The notes under the pieces were generated by a model. It was not told the origin of the DNA, ran no database searches, and was given only the letters and a program-made list of their open reading frames with translations. Both the position numbers and the translations under genes were made by a program. Shown in pieces: positions 30,101-37,925 of a DNA stretch of 64,000 bases (position 1 is the first letter of the stretch; the number at the start of each line of letters is the position of its first letter). The DNA comes from an uncultured candidate division WWE3 bacterium (lineage in GTDB: Bacteria; Patescibacteriota; WWE3; UBA101185; UBA10185), in assembly GCA_938004185.1 (NCBI GenBank), contig CALKWN010000065.1, positions 90,371 through 154,370 of the forward strand, given 5' to 3'.

Positions 30101-32910
30101 TCTTTGTATGTTAATGCTATGTGGTGCCACTGCCCTAATGTTATTGCATCATCAACCGTTATGGTCGCATCCGTCGTTCCAAGATCTATTGAGGCAACAA
30201 TATCGGCGACCGAAGAATCACTTCCCGCGCCGAGCCTTAAATAGCTTGAAGTCCCTTTTTGAAAAATTGCACCCGCACTTCCCTCCCCTGCAGACAAAGG
30301 ACGTATCCAAGCCTGAACGGTAAACTCATCATTTAACTTCTCTCCGAAATTTACGGATTCGTGGTCATCAATTCGTAACATGTCGTTTACCCCGTCAAAG
30401 AGAATACACCCGTTTGATACACAGTAGTCATTTGATGCTACCCATGTGGGATATGTTAGTGTAGGTAAAGTTTCAAGAGCTATTTTTCCAAGTATTGCAG
30501 ATGAATATATGTCGCTATTATTAGTGGTTGCCACAACATCTACCGTTTGTGCCGAGCTTGGAGCTGAAATTGCCGTAGTTATTGCGTAATTTGAAGGCGT
30601 AAGAGTTGAATTTGAAATATCACTTGGTGAGCTATTCGGGTCAGTCTGTAGTTTTATTGAAGATGAGCTTGACGCAGCTCCCGCCGCCTCGTGATAGTAT
30701 GTAGTTGAGGCGTCGTTTCCTATTTCATCAGGGTCAAAGTATGTGTCAAAGTTTTGAGGTGCTGTCCCCGATGACAAAAGTGTGTTGGCCACAAGGTATC
30801 TTGACTCTGTTTTTGTTATTACCGTTCCCGTTTGGGTAGCAACTACCTTGGCGTTATATATATCATAAGTATTTGCAGCGTTACTTACCGAACCCACTAT
30901 TCTGTAGTGTCTTCCGTCTGTAGGTGTAAATGAGACTCTTGTTCTTGTTGGTGTGGTTACACTTGAAACAGCGTTGACTATTGTTTGTTTGTCTGTCCAT
31001 GAACCGAACGAGCCGTTGTCTTCCTGAAGTTTTATTGTAACGGTGTATGTGGTAACAATGGAGTCATATGTTATTTTTATTTGTCCTGGTCGGCCCGGAC
31101 CACCGCTTCTGTTTCTTGATGCTCCTGAACCATCTTTATCTCCTGCACCACCGCCACCACCGCCCGGACCTGTTGCGGGTGCAGAACCATTTGTACCGGT
31201 CGAACCTCCATTACCTCCCGGCCCTCCGTCAGTCACCGCTGTAGCTCCTGTTTGTCCTGTAGCATCGTTTCCGTCAGACGAAGGACCTGCAGATCCGCCA
31301 CCGCCTCCTCCGGTGGAAGCATTATTATCCGCCCCATCACCACCGTTATATTTCGTAGTACCGTTACTTGCCGCAGCGGATCCTCCCGCACCTGGAGAAC
31401 CGCCTTCGGATCCGCCCCCGCCCCCTCCCTTGACATTTACACCCGAAGTATCGAAGGATGAGTCGCCTCCCACACCGCCATTACCGGTGCCTGCTGAGCC
31501 ACCCGCACCTACTGTGTAAGAAAAATTACCGGGACATGACAACGATACAGTGCTGGCTGCATAAGCGCCACCACCACCACCCGCTCCCGCTACCGAGTTA
31601 TCTGTAGTATCCCCACCTCCTGCACCGCCACCTCCCCACGCCTCAACATAAATGTTTGATGCTGTTGAAGGACAGCTCCAACTGTATGTTCCCGCGGTTG
31701 TAAAAGTTTCGGTAGTTGAAGAAGCATCCCCCAGAATCTTCTTCCAACTAACCTCTGCCGAAAAAGTTGTTGTTCCGTCCCAGTTGTCGTCATCGTACTT
31801 CCAATATTTAGGGTAATTTAAGGCTGCTGCTGTAGTATTAGACTTTCCGACCTCGTAATTTCCAAGCTCGATTTGAGCTTCAGTTGCAGTCATTGGTTCC
31901 TCGCCAACATTCTGTATTACTATTATTCTCGCGGACTTAACCTCAGGCGAAGTTCCCCCCGACAAGTTTATATTGTATTCCGTCTCCCCCGCAGGGGGTG
32001 TAAATGCAGTACCTCTTTTTCTGGTAAAGTCAGTTTCAGTAACGGTTACGGTCGTATCCTGCGTTGCAGTACCCGACCTCTCAAGTGCCACCGTCAAAGT
32101 GCCGGATGAAACTTTTGCCACCACCTCAAAATAGTAAGTCTTTGTTCCGCTGTAATTATCCGTGTCGAGCAGCACCAAAGAAGGATCGTCCCCCGACGCC
32201 GTTGCTATATGGTCAATAATATTTATCTCCCGCCGTATTACCTGATCCTGTGTCATTTCTCCCCCAAACGCTGCGTCGTTTAAATTAGATGTTGAATCGT
32301 GGGCAACTAATCCGTACGCCTCATCCATCTTCAAATACACCGAAGGCGAAGGACCTATTTCAATACTTCCAAGGGTTGGTGTACCGCCCGAAGGCGTTAA
32401 GCCGGAAACGGAAGACACCGTACCATCAGTAGTCGAGTGCGCCGTCGGGTTTGAATAATACATAAAAATATTATTTCCCCCGCTTGTTACGCTTGTCAGT
32501 ACAACATCAAATACCGTAGAAGAAGTATTACATCCCGAAACCACGGTGTATTTTAAAAGATCTCCGCCTATTGTGGTAAAAATCACATCATCACAGTCTT
32601 CCTGCATCTTTCCGTCTGCAATAAGTGAGGCGGTATCAACCGTAATACTTACTCTGCTGTCTGTTGAAACATCCGCATTATGTGTAAAAGATACTTTTTG
32701 CCTTTCGTTATACGCGTCATCGTACCAATCGGCTTTTACCCTTGTTGCTTCAAGTATTGAATATATTGTTACGGGAATTGCGACAGCCAAAAAAGCCAGC
32801 ATTATTTTTTTTCTGGATTTCCTGTCGCGTAAAGCAAGAACAAGCTTGTTTTTTGTCTTGTAGATTACCTGAATATTGTCTTTTAGGCGCAGTTTTTCGA
32901 GGGCATTCAT
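24193..32910 (-). CDS. giant membrane-anchored surface protein (2905 aa) with a Gly-rich region, multiple LamG-like domains and two propeller-like repeat arrays
   Basis: Single uninterrupted ORF. N-terminal TM (MLAFLAVAIPVTIYSIL). At least six LamG motifs (WYHLASTFDG..LKIYVNGVL...FDGLIDDLRIYNTALS and variants). ~15 tandem ~50-aa units (TDTFSAIGGATVGTS.SVYALAVYNGYLYVGG.FTTAGGTTVN.IAKYDD). Confidence 0.85.
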   Translation of the reverse strand: MNALEKLRLKDNIQVIYKTKNKLVLALRDRKSRKKIMLAFLAVAIPVTIYSILEATRVKADWYDDAYNERQKVSFTHNADVSTDSRVSITVDTASLIADGKMQEDCDDVIFTTIGGDLLKYTVVSGCNTSSTVFDVVLTSVTSGGNNIFMYYSNPTAHSTTDGTVSSVSGLTPSGGTPTLGSIEIGPSPSVYLKMDEAYGLVAHDSTSNLNDAAFGGEMTQDQVIRREINIIDHIATASGDDPSLVLLDTDNYSGTKTYYFEVVAKVSSGTLTVALERSGTATQDTTVTVTETDFTRKRGTAFTPPAGETEYNINLSGGTSPEVKSARIIVIQNVGEEPMTATEAQIELGNYEVGKSNTTAAALNYPKYWKYDDDNWDGTTTFSAEVSWKKILGDASSTTETFTTAGTYSWSCPSTASNIYVEAWGGGGAGGGDTTDNSVAGAGGGGGAYAASTVSLSCPGNFSYTVGAGGSAGTGNGGVGGDSSFDTSGVNVKGGGGGGSEGGSPGAGGSAAASNGTTKYNGGDGADNNASTGGGGGGSAGPSSDGNDATGQTGATAVTDGGPGGNGGSTGTNGSAPATGPGGGGGGAGDKDGSGASRNRSGGPGRPGQIKITYDSIVTTYTVTIKLQEDNGSFGSWTDKQTIVNAVSSVTTPTRTRVSFTPTDGRHYRIVGSVSNAANTYDIYNAKVVATQTGTVITKTESRYLVANTLLSSGTAPQNFDTYFDPDEIGNDASTTYYHEAAGAASSSSSIKLQTDPNSSPSDISNSTLTPSNYAITTAISAPSSAQTVDVVATTNNSDIYSSAILGKIALETLPTLTYPTWVASNDYCVSNGCILFDGVNDMLRIDDHESVNFGEKLNDEFTVQAWIRPLSAGEGSAGAIFQKGTSSYLRLGAGSDSSVADIVASIDLGTTDATITVDDAITLGQWHHIALTYKDDSDDEISIYVDGVLMGTSTNGDGAPATETNTLTIGGTSASNRFDGYIDEFKIYAEERSFTELQTDIIRYSPTLHGTSAAFGNDHTSYTTDGLVAYWKMDDATGATATDSSGFDNDATLNEDVAWDRGVYGGATSYDGTTDYLNAGSSPSLSVSNEVTVSGWVQMDEEFSTGADYNQGIVDKGDYQFYLDKSGGEAKWVVNDATAKVFSAIGGATVGTSDSVYALAVYKGYLYLGGSFATAGGTTVNYIAKYDDVTDTFSAIGGATVGTSVSVYALAVYNGYLYVGGQFTAAGGTTVNYIAKYDDVTDTFSAIGGATVGTSGSVYALAVYNGHLYAGGDIFTAGGTTVNGIAKYDDVTDTFSAIGGASPGLFEPGADPPTVRVLAVYNGHLYLGGNFTATAGGTTVNYIAKYDDSTNTFSAIGGATVGISGGSYVAGSSLAVYNGYLYVGGHDMTAAGGTTVNNIAKYDDSTDTFSAIGGATVGATYSVHSLAVYEGYLYLGGEFSAAGGTTVNKIAKYDDSTDTFSAIGGATVGVGNTDPHVRVLAVYDEYLYLGGYHVTTAGGTTVNGIAKYGSSSDTPAAVSTSTSTWTPDTWYHLASTFDGTNLKIYVNGVLESTTTNSTPFTLATNNRDLLIGKTYGSQMAGGSDESFDGLIDDLRIYNTALSDSEIYSLYQHSPPPDLYYKFEENTETSAHDSSGNQLTGTLTNGASWAPGRYGTGATFDGVDDFVTTDSSAYISPEAGVAVSGWVQMGEEFSTGADYNQGIVDKGDYQFFLDKSDGKAKWVVNDATAKAFSALGGGTVGTSYWVHALAVYNGYLYVGGEFTTAGGTTVNNIAKYDDSTDTFSAIGGATVGTSSIVWSLAAYNGHLYVGGSFTTAGGTTVNYIAKYDDETDTFSAIGGATVGTNGQVRTLSVYNGYLYLGGDFTTAGGTTVNRIAKYDDGTDTFSAIGGATVGVSIGFPASAEVYALTVYKGYLYLAGDFSSAGGTATGNIAKYDGSTNTFSAIAGATGTSGYIYALGEYNGYLYLGGSFTSHGNRVARYNDSTDTISAICGGNDGDISDTYAFAAYNGYLYVGFSGTTSEGTTVNNIAKYDDSTDTCLPIGGATVGTNNQVRTLSVYNGYLYVGGAFTTAGGTTVNQIAKYGNTSDVSVASTTSSWTADTWYHLSGTFDGSDLKIYVNGVLENTTTNATPFSLASEDKPLLLGKTYGSQMEGGSGENFEGRLDDFKIYSYAPDVKQVTKDLDAQIPAPDSTLGAPIAHYRFDENGGTTIYDRTGNSRNLTLVASPPSATAFTTSGKFNKAFYDGGTNYAYVDDNAFVFDDESFAINMWFKSDSSSNPSSTEYVLGRGGNSTAGYALYFNSGGNIIFGIDDDSTWSPDDTVSSDDDVYDGQWHSVTAVKIGTSQIDLYIDGVLNDSNTNLTATGSIDGDNTLVIGGRGDDYTGKFVGSIDEVTIFNYEINQGEANVLLNQGKTSQWGALSTESDGVTPSNSYDRMYCVPGDTAACSPPVAEWRMDEMSGQLFYDSGANNLFGMLGDTSSPATNDPTWDTGKNGGGLAFDGTNDYTNVPDNDLLTPVNGITVSMWFKLDQLPSDAGNTYYLFVKSDNTDPYSSYLCYITTTDIIECRWVASSRASSNTTINTLSITTDKWYHFALVRDGTVLYAYLNKELSHAPATGASGVILNSNMPLYFGSNAPAASSYFYGTMDNVKLYDYTRTQAQIAWEYNRIAPKYYYKFNECSGSTAHNSGRSSDDTSVGIDLTIYPQSSGNTTVGTCEGSSGEMWYGGKEGKFNGSLDFDGVDDYLVGSTSPLFHANGISYSNISYGAWFNPDSSPASDTLIHKPGEFKLTTNASGNPQCEIYSSGTYQTPAVATSSLTASSWTHIMCTYDGANIKIYVNGTLEDTQEETDSVTVLSSTALNIGRDSAGSGYFDGQIDEVTIHNAPLTDHLIRVLYNEGGAIRFGD
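26630..27720 (-). repeat. intragenic tandem repeat array 2 (8 units of ~150 bp)
   Basis: Same repeat family as array 1. Separated from it by a LamG-like segment. Confidence 0.8.
28375..29500 (-). repeat. intragenic tandem repeat array 1 (7 units of ~150 bp)
   Basis: Recurring near-identical DNA strings (atcatcatattttgcaat...tttacagtcgtcccccctgctg) spaced ~150-160 bp apart. Confidence 0.8.
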
Positions 32911-32976
32911 TCAGACTAATTTTAACTTTTTTGGTGCGTTTTGTGTAGGGGGTTTAAGGCGTTTATACACACAAAA

Positions 32977-34797
32977 TTACTTGGCGTAACCTTCAGCTTG
33001 AAGATTAAAAGCGTTTGCATAATTTCCGTTTAATTTCATGAGCTCTTCGTGGGTGCCTGTTTCAATAATTTTACCGTTATCCATTACAACTATGCGGTCG
33101 GCGTTTCTTACCGTAGAAAATCTGTGCGAAATAATAATTACCGTCTTCTTTTTGAAGAATTCGTAAATCTTATTGAAAATATTGTATTCCGAAACAGGGT
33201 CGATTGCAGCGGTAGGTTCGTCGAAAATGACAATGGGCGAGTTGCGATAGAAGAATCTGGCCAAAGCAAGTTTTTGCCACTGCCCTGTGCTCGGCCTTAT
33301 TCCGCCTTTGTACTTAACACTTAATATCTGGTCGTATTTGTTGTCGTACTTTTCAATAAACTCGTGAGCGTCGGCGGCCTTTGCGGCAAGCATAATTTTA
33401 TCTGTGTCGGGTTCGATGTCTGCGTCACCCAGCATAATATTTTCTTTCACGGTTAAATGAGGGTACGAATTGAAATCCTGAAACAAAACGCCCATATTTT
33501 TGTAAAGCGTAGCAATTTCAAGTTCGTTAATGTTTTTTCCGTCTACAGTTATTTCGCCCGAACTGACTTTGTAAAATCTTGACAGCAACTTTATAAGTGT
33601 GGTTTTTCCCGCGCCGTTTTCTCCTACAATCGCGATTTTTTCGCCGGGTTTAATTTCCAGGGTAAGATCTTCGATTACCGGCTTTGTTGTGTTGGGGTAG
33701 GCAAAAGTAATTTTGTTAAAGACAATTGAAGGTCCTTCTAAATATTTGGGGAGTTGTACAGTGCCGTCTTCAAACGCGGGCTCGGTCTGAAATAGAAGAT
33801 AGGTGTCCTTTAACTGTAAAGAAAACTCGAACAAATCATTAAAGCCCTGAATAACATTCGACATCGAAGTCTGAAGAATTCCTATCGTCCTCATCCAGAA
33901 AACAGTATCTCCGACGGTAATAGCTTTTTCTATAAGGCGCTGAAAAATTTTTACATACCCGAAAAGAATTACAATGTCGTTTAAAAATCCGAAAGAATGA
34001 CCGCCGATTCTACCCTTTTTAAAAATTTTTAGCCTGTTTTCTACTAAGTAACCCTGGAGTTCGGTATATTTTTTATCAAGGTAAGAAAAAGCGTTATTTA
34101 TTCCGATTTCGTGAAGCCTGACCGAGCTTGTTAAGTCGCCCGCGATGTTACCTGCTACCCTTCCCCGCTCTGTGTTGTTGTAATTAAATTGGTAGAGCTT
34201 TCTTCTAATAGATTTATCAAATAGTAAGTAAGGGGTTGAAGCGACCAGAAGTAGGGGAGCAAACCAGGGCATAAATTTTATTGTAATTATTAAAGCCGTC
34301 GCCAGTTTTACAATATCTGCAATTAAAGACACCGACTTTTCCATATACGGCATTATGTTGTAAAGGTATTCATCTGCGCGCGTAATTTTGTTGTTGACTT
34401 CAGGAATTTCGAGAGTTTGTATTCCGAGAGATTTTAATTTAAAGTACTCGGATTTTCTTATATTAAATCTACTTACCACTCTAATATGAGTAGACGAATA
34501 ACCTCTTAGAAAACTTATAATCGTCTCAAAAAAATTATATCCGAGAAGAATTGCAAGATATGGATATAGGTAAGAAAGATTTGCACCGGGCATTTGTGCA
34601 ACATTTATGAGTTCGTCAATTGCTTTGGCAAAAATGTAAGTGTATATAAGGTCCTGCCACTTATTAACTATCGTTGTTGCAATGTAAATTGAAAAATGTA
34701 CCGGGTCGATGCGAAAAATCATTGCCAACGACCATTTACTGATTTTGACAAACTCGTTTAAATCGATTTTGTCTGCAGGTGTAACGGCAGTTTGCAT
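32977..34797 (-). CDS. ABC transporter, fused permease/ATP-binding exporter (MsbA-like type)
   Basis: N-terminal 6-TM domain. GENGAGKTT Walker A, LSTGQWQKLALAR signature, IVIFDEPTAAID Walker B. Confidence 0.85.
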   Translation of the reverse strand: MQTAVTPADKIDLNEFVKISKWSLAMIFRIDPVHFSIYIATTIVNKWQDLIYTYIFAKAIDELINVAQMPGANLSYLYPYLAILLGYNFFETIISFLRGYSSTHIRVVSRFNIRKSEYFKLKSLGIQTLEIPEVNNKITRADEYLYNIMPYMEKSVSLIADIVKLATALIITIKFMPWFAPLLLVASTPYLLFDKSIRRKLYQFNYNNTERGRVAGNIAGDLTSSVRLHEIGINNAFSYLDKKYTELQGYLVENRLKIFKKGRIGGHSFGFLNDIVILFGYVKIFQRLIEKAITVGDTVFWMRTIGILQTSMSNVIQGFNDLFEFSLQLKDTYLLFQTEPAFEDGTVQLPKYLEGPSIVFNKITFAYPNTTKPVIEDLTLEIKPGEKIAIVGENGAGKTTLIKLLSRFYKVSSGEITVDGKNINELEIATLYKNMGVLFQDFNSYPHLTVKENIMLGDADIEPDTDKIMLAAKAADAHEFIEKYDNKYDQILSVKYKGGIRPSTGQWQKLALARFFYRNSPIVIFDEPTAAIDPVSEYNIFNKIYEFFKKKTVIIISHRFSTVRNADRIVVMDNGKIIETGTHEELMKLNGNYANAFNLQAEGYAK

Positions 34798-34807
34798 AAT
34801 AGAGGTC

Positions 34808-35167
34808 TTAGTTTGTTATAAATTTCTTTACGGCTTCAACGACTTTTTCGAAGTCTTTAGGTTCGTTGATAGCCATTTCGGAAAGCGTTTTTCTGTTGAG
34901 TGTTATGTTCGCTTTTTTAAGACCTGCAATAAATCTCGAATATTTTACATTGTATTGGGATAGAGCTCCGTTTAATCGGGCAATCCACAATCTTCTCATA
35001 TCTCTTTTTTTCTGTTTTCTTCCCTCAAAAGCATGCTCACCCGCTCTTATTACGGCTTCCTGTGCTCTTTTGAAAAGTCTGCTTCTGGTTCCTCTATAAC
35101 CTTTTGCCAGTTTTAATACTTTTTTATGTTTTCTGTGGCCTCTAGGCCCTCCTTTTACTCTAGACAT
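34808..35167 (-). CDS. rplT: 50S ribosomal protein L20
   Basis: MSRVKGGPRGHRKHKKVLKLAKGYRG... Confidence 0.9.
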   Translation of the reverse strand: MSRVKGGPRGHRKHKKVLKLAKGYRGTRSRLFKRAQEAVIRAGEHAFEGRKQKKRDMRRLWIARLNGALSQYNVKYSRFIAGLKKANITLNRKTLSEMAINEPKDFEKVVEAVKKFITN

Positions 35168-35382
35168 TACTTTATTCCTTTATCCTTTTTTACCAAAAGG
35201 CTCTTAAAAATTTTTATGTGTCCTCTGTTTGTCTGTTCCTCAAGACCTTTTTTTCTGCATTTTCTCCCAGCGCTCCATTTTCTTTTTAGGTGCCCTGAGT
35301 TAACACTTTTTCTCATAAGTTTTCCTGATTTAGTTATTTTTATTCTTTTTAATAATGTTTTTTTCGATTTCATTTTAGGCAT
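35167..35382 (-). CDS. rpmI: 50S ribosomal protein L35
   Basis: MPKMKSKKTLLKRIKITKSGKLMRK. Start placed at an internal Met of the 35167..35403 ORF. Confidence 0.8.
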   Translation of the reverse strand: MPKMKSKKTLLKRIKITKSGKLMRKSVNSGHLKRKWSAGRKCRKKGLEEQTNRGHIKIFKSLLVKKDKGIK

Positions 35383-35430
35383 TTTTAAAACCCCTTCTCT
35401 CATTTAGAAAGCGTGTCTTTCTAAACTTAC

Positions 35431-35973
35431 TCATTTAGGAAGAAATATTTCCGATACCAAAGGACCCATGCGTTTTGCAGGCCCTTCAGGTTTCGCGTCT
35501 TCCGCCAATCCCTGCTCAATTTTTTTGAGCTTCTCAAAAGCCATTTCAGGAAACATTGCTTGTCTTCCCTTCATTCTTACGGTGACCTTTACTCTATTTC
35601 CGTCATCCAAAAATTCTTTTGCTCTCTCTATGTACCTGTTTATATCCCCTTCTCCGGTTGTAGGAGAAAGTCTTAACTCTTTAAGCTCGCTTTTTTTGCT
35701 TTTAACTTTCGCGGCGCTTAATTTTTTTCTCTCTTCGTACAAAAATTTAGAGTAGTCAACAAACTTTGCCACGGGAATTTTAGCATTAGGCGCTACCAAG
35801 AGAAGATCCAATTCTCTTTCTTTGGCAGCTCTTACGGCCTTAGGTGTATCCATAACACCAAGGTTCTTGCCTTCTTCGTCTATAACCACTACCTGAAAGA
35901 CTCTTATTCTTTCGTTTAAGATGTGCTGGTTATTTATAGACGAATTCCTCCCATAACTGCAATAAATTACCAC
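35431..35973 (-). CDS. infC: translation initiation factor IF-3
   Basis: INERIRVFQVVVIDEEGKNLGVMDTPKAVRAAKERELDLLLVAPNAKIPVAKFVDYSKF. The real start is probably a non-ATG codon downstream of the track start. Confidence 0.8.
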   Translation of the reverse strand: MVIYCSYGRNSSINNQHILNERIRVFQVVVIDEEGKNLGVMDTPKAVRAAKERELDLLLVAPNAKIPVAKFVDYSKFLYEERKKLSAAKVKSKKSELKELRLSPTTGEGDINRYIERAKEFLDDGNRVKVTVRMKGRQAMFPEMAFEKLKKIEQGLAEDAKPEGPAKRMGPLVSEIFLPK

Positions 35974-37766
35974 AAAGACAGGTCTCTGGTCAAATATATT
36001 TCCCTGATTTTACTTATAATTTCGGCTGTCTTTACCGGACCCAGGTTTTCGCCCGTTCTTAAGCGGACGCTGGCGGTTTCGCTTTCTATCTCTTTATCCC
36101 CCACCACAAGCATATAAGGCACTTTTTGCATTTGAGCGTCGCGAATTCTGGCGTTCATGGGTTCGTTTCGGTCGTCCGAATGTACGCGCAATCCTTCTTC
36201 CTTCAACATTTGAGCAAGGTCCGCACAGTATTTTGCATGCTTTTCGCCGATCGGAATGATTACTATTTGTAGAGGTGACAGCCACACAGGCATATTTCCG
36301 GCAAAATGCTCCAGCAAAAACCCTACAAATCTTTCGTCGGAGCCCAATGGTGCGCGATGCTGAATTATTACCGGCTTTTCCTGTCCGTCCTTATCAGTAT
36401 ATGTAAGGCCGAACCTTCCCGGCATGTAAAGATCGATTTGGTTGGTCGAAATGGCATATTCATTGCCAATAGCAGACTTAATTTTGAGATCCATTTTCGG
36501 TCCGTAATGAGCGGCGCCACCTATTTCCGTCTCATATTCGACTCTTGCGGCTTTCATACCCTCTATCGAGAGTTTTTCAGCCTTTTTCCACATTTCTTCG
36601 TCGCCATGGTATTTATCTTTTTTCTCGGGATCGGGCAAGCCCAAAACTATGTGATAATCTTTTAATCCCAACTTGTCGTAGTAATATCGATGCATATCCA
36701 TTATTTCAACAAAAACGTCAATGGCCTGCTCTTCTGAGCAATAAATATGAGCGTCATTCTGAGTAAATACCCTCGGTCGTAAAATTCCGTTCAGGGCGCC
36801 TCTATTTTCATATCTTGCCACCGTGCCATATTCCGCCAGGCGGTAAGGTAAATCACGATAGCTTCTCGGTTTTGACCTAAAAACTAAATGATGGAAAGGA
36901 CAGTTCATGGGTTTTAAGAAATACTCTTCTTCACCCTCGCCCGGTATCTGCACTTTATACATCTCTTCTTCAAAGTAAGGAACATGTCCTGAAATTTCAA
37001 AAAGTGTTCTTTTAGTCATGGGAGGCGTCATTACGCGGTGGTATCCCCACTCTTCTTCGGTCTCTTTGCCCCATTTTTCAAGTTCTTCGCGTATTATTGC
37101 CCCGTTGGGGAGCCAAATCGGAAGACCGGGACCGACTTCGTCGCTAAGCATGAATATTTCAAGTTCTCTGCCGAGCTTTCTGTGGTCGCGCCTTTTCTGT
37201 TCTTCGAGCAATTCCAGGTATTTTTCGAGGTTTTGCTTGTTGTCAAAGGCTGTAGCGTATATTCGGGTAAGCATTTTGTTCTTTTCGTCACCTCTCCAAT
37301 AAGCACCGGCAATAGATAGCAGTTTAAACGCTTTTATTTCTTTGGTATTTTCTACATGAGGGCCGGCGCATAAATCAATATCATAGTATTTATCACCCTC
37401 TTCGCCGAATGTATAAAAAGTGAGTTTTTCACCGTCTTTTGAATGCTCTTCTATTAGCTCAAGTTTAAACGGGTTATTTTTAAACAGTTTCTTGGCTTCC
37501 GCGGCGGTTAAAGTGTGTTTTTTTACGGGCATTGCCGCGTCAATAATTTCCTTCATTACGTGCTCGATTCGGCCGAAATCTTCTTCACTGATTTTGCCGT
37601 CGTAATCGAAGTCGCAGTAGAAACCGTCCTCTATAGGAGGTCCCATGACTTTTTTTGCACCCGGAAATACCGATTCTACCGCGGTATGAAGTACGTGTTC
37701 AGCGGTATGTCTTAAAGGCATTAACGGATCGTTTTTTAATTTATCTATTACCTTTTCTTTAGCCAT
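35967..37766 (-). CDS. thrS: threonine--tRNA ligase
   Basis: Class II core plus anticodon-binding domain. Conserved thrS-infC-rpmI-rplT order. 599 aa. Confidence 0.9.
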   Translation of the reverse strand: MAKEKVIDKLKNDPLMPLRHTAEHVLHTAVESVFPGAKKVMGPPIEDGFYCDFDYDGKISEEDFGRIEHVMKEIIDAAMPVKKHTLTAAEAKKLFKNNPFKLELIEEHSKDGEKLTFYTFGEEGDKYYDIDLCAGPHVENTKEIKAFKLLSIAGAYWRGDEKNKMLTRIYATAFDNKQNLEKYLELLEEQKRRDHRKLGRELEIFMLSDEVGPGLPIWLPNGAIIREELEKWGKETEEEWGYHRVMTPPMTKRTLFEISGHVPYFEEEMYKVQIPGEGEEEYFLKPMNCPFHHLVFRSKPRSYRDLPYRLAEYGTVARYENRGALNGILRPRVFTQNDAHIYCSEEQAIDVFVEIMDMHRYYYDKLGLKDYHIVLGLPDPEKKDKYHGDEEMWKKAEKLSIEGMKAARVEYETEIGGAAHYGPKMDLKIKSAIGNEYAISTNQIDLYMPGRFGLTYTDKDGQEKPVIIQHRAPLGSDERFVGFLLEHFAGNMPVWLSPLQIVIIPIGEKHAKYCADLAQMLKEEGLRVHSDDRNEPMNARIRDAQMQKVPYMLVVGDKEIESETASVRLRTGENLGPVKTAEIISKIREIYLTRDLSLW

Positions 37767-37925
37767 AATTTGCTCCTGTCAGATTAATTTATTATAGAAC
37801 ATAAACGGAAAAAATATATGTTTAACAAGCCAAATATACCCCCGCGGGGGTTGTCGTGGTATAAAAGAATCTGAAATAAGCCATTTGTCTATTTATAAGC
37901 ACTTTTCGGCTTTTAGTCAATAAAA

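Noticed and set aside
27464-31519. Antisense ORFs inside the giant gene (for example 27464..27679, 28904..29131, the Pro-rich 31043..31519)
   Set aside because: They are frame shadows of the repetitive and Gly-rich sense sequence. They have no RBS and their repetitive content mirrors the opposite strand.
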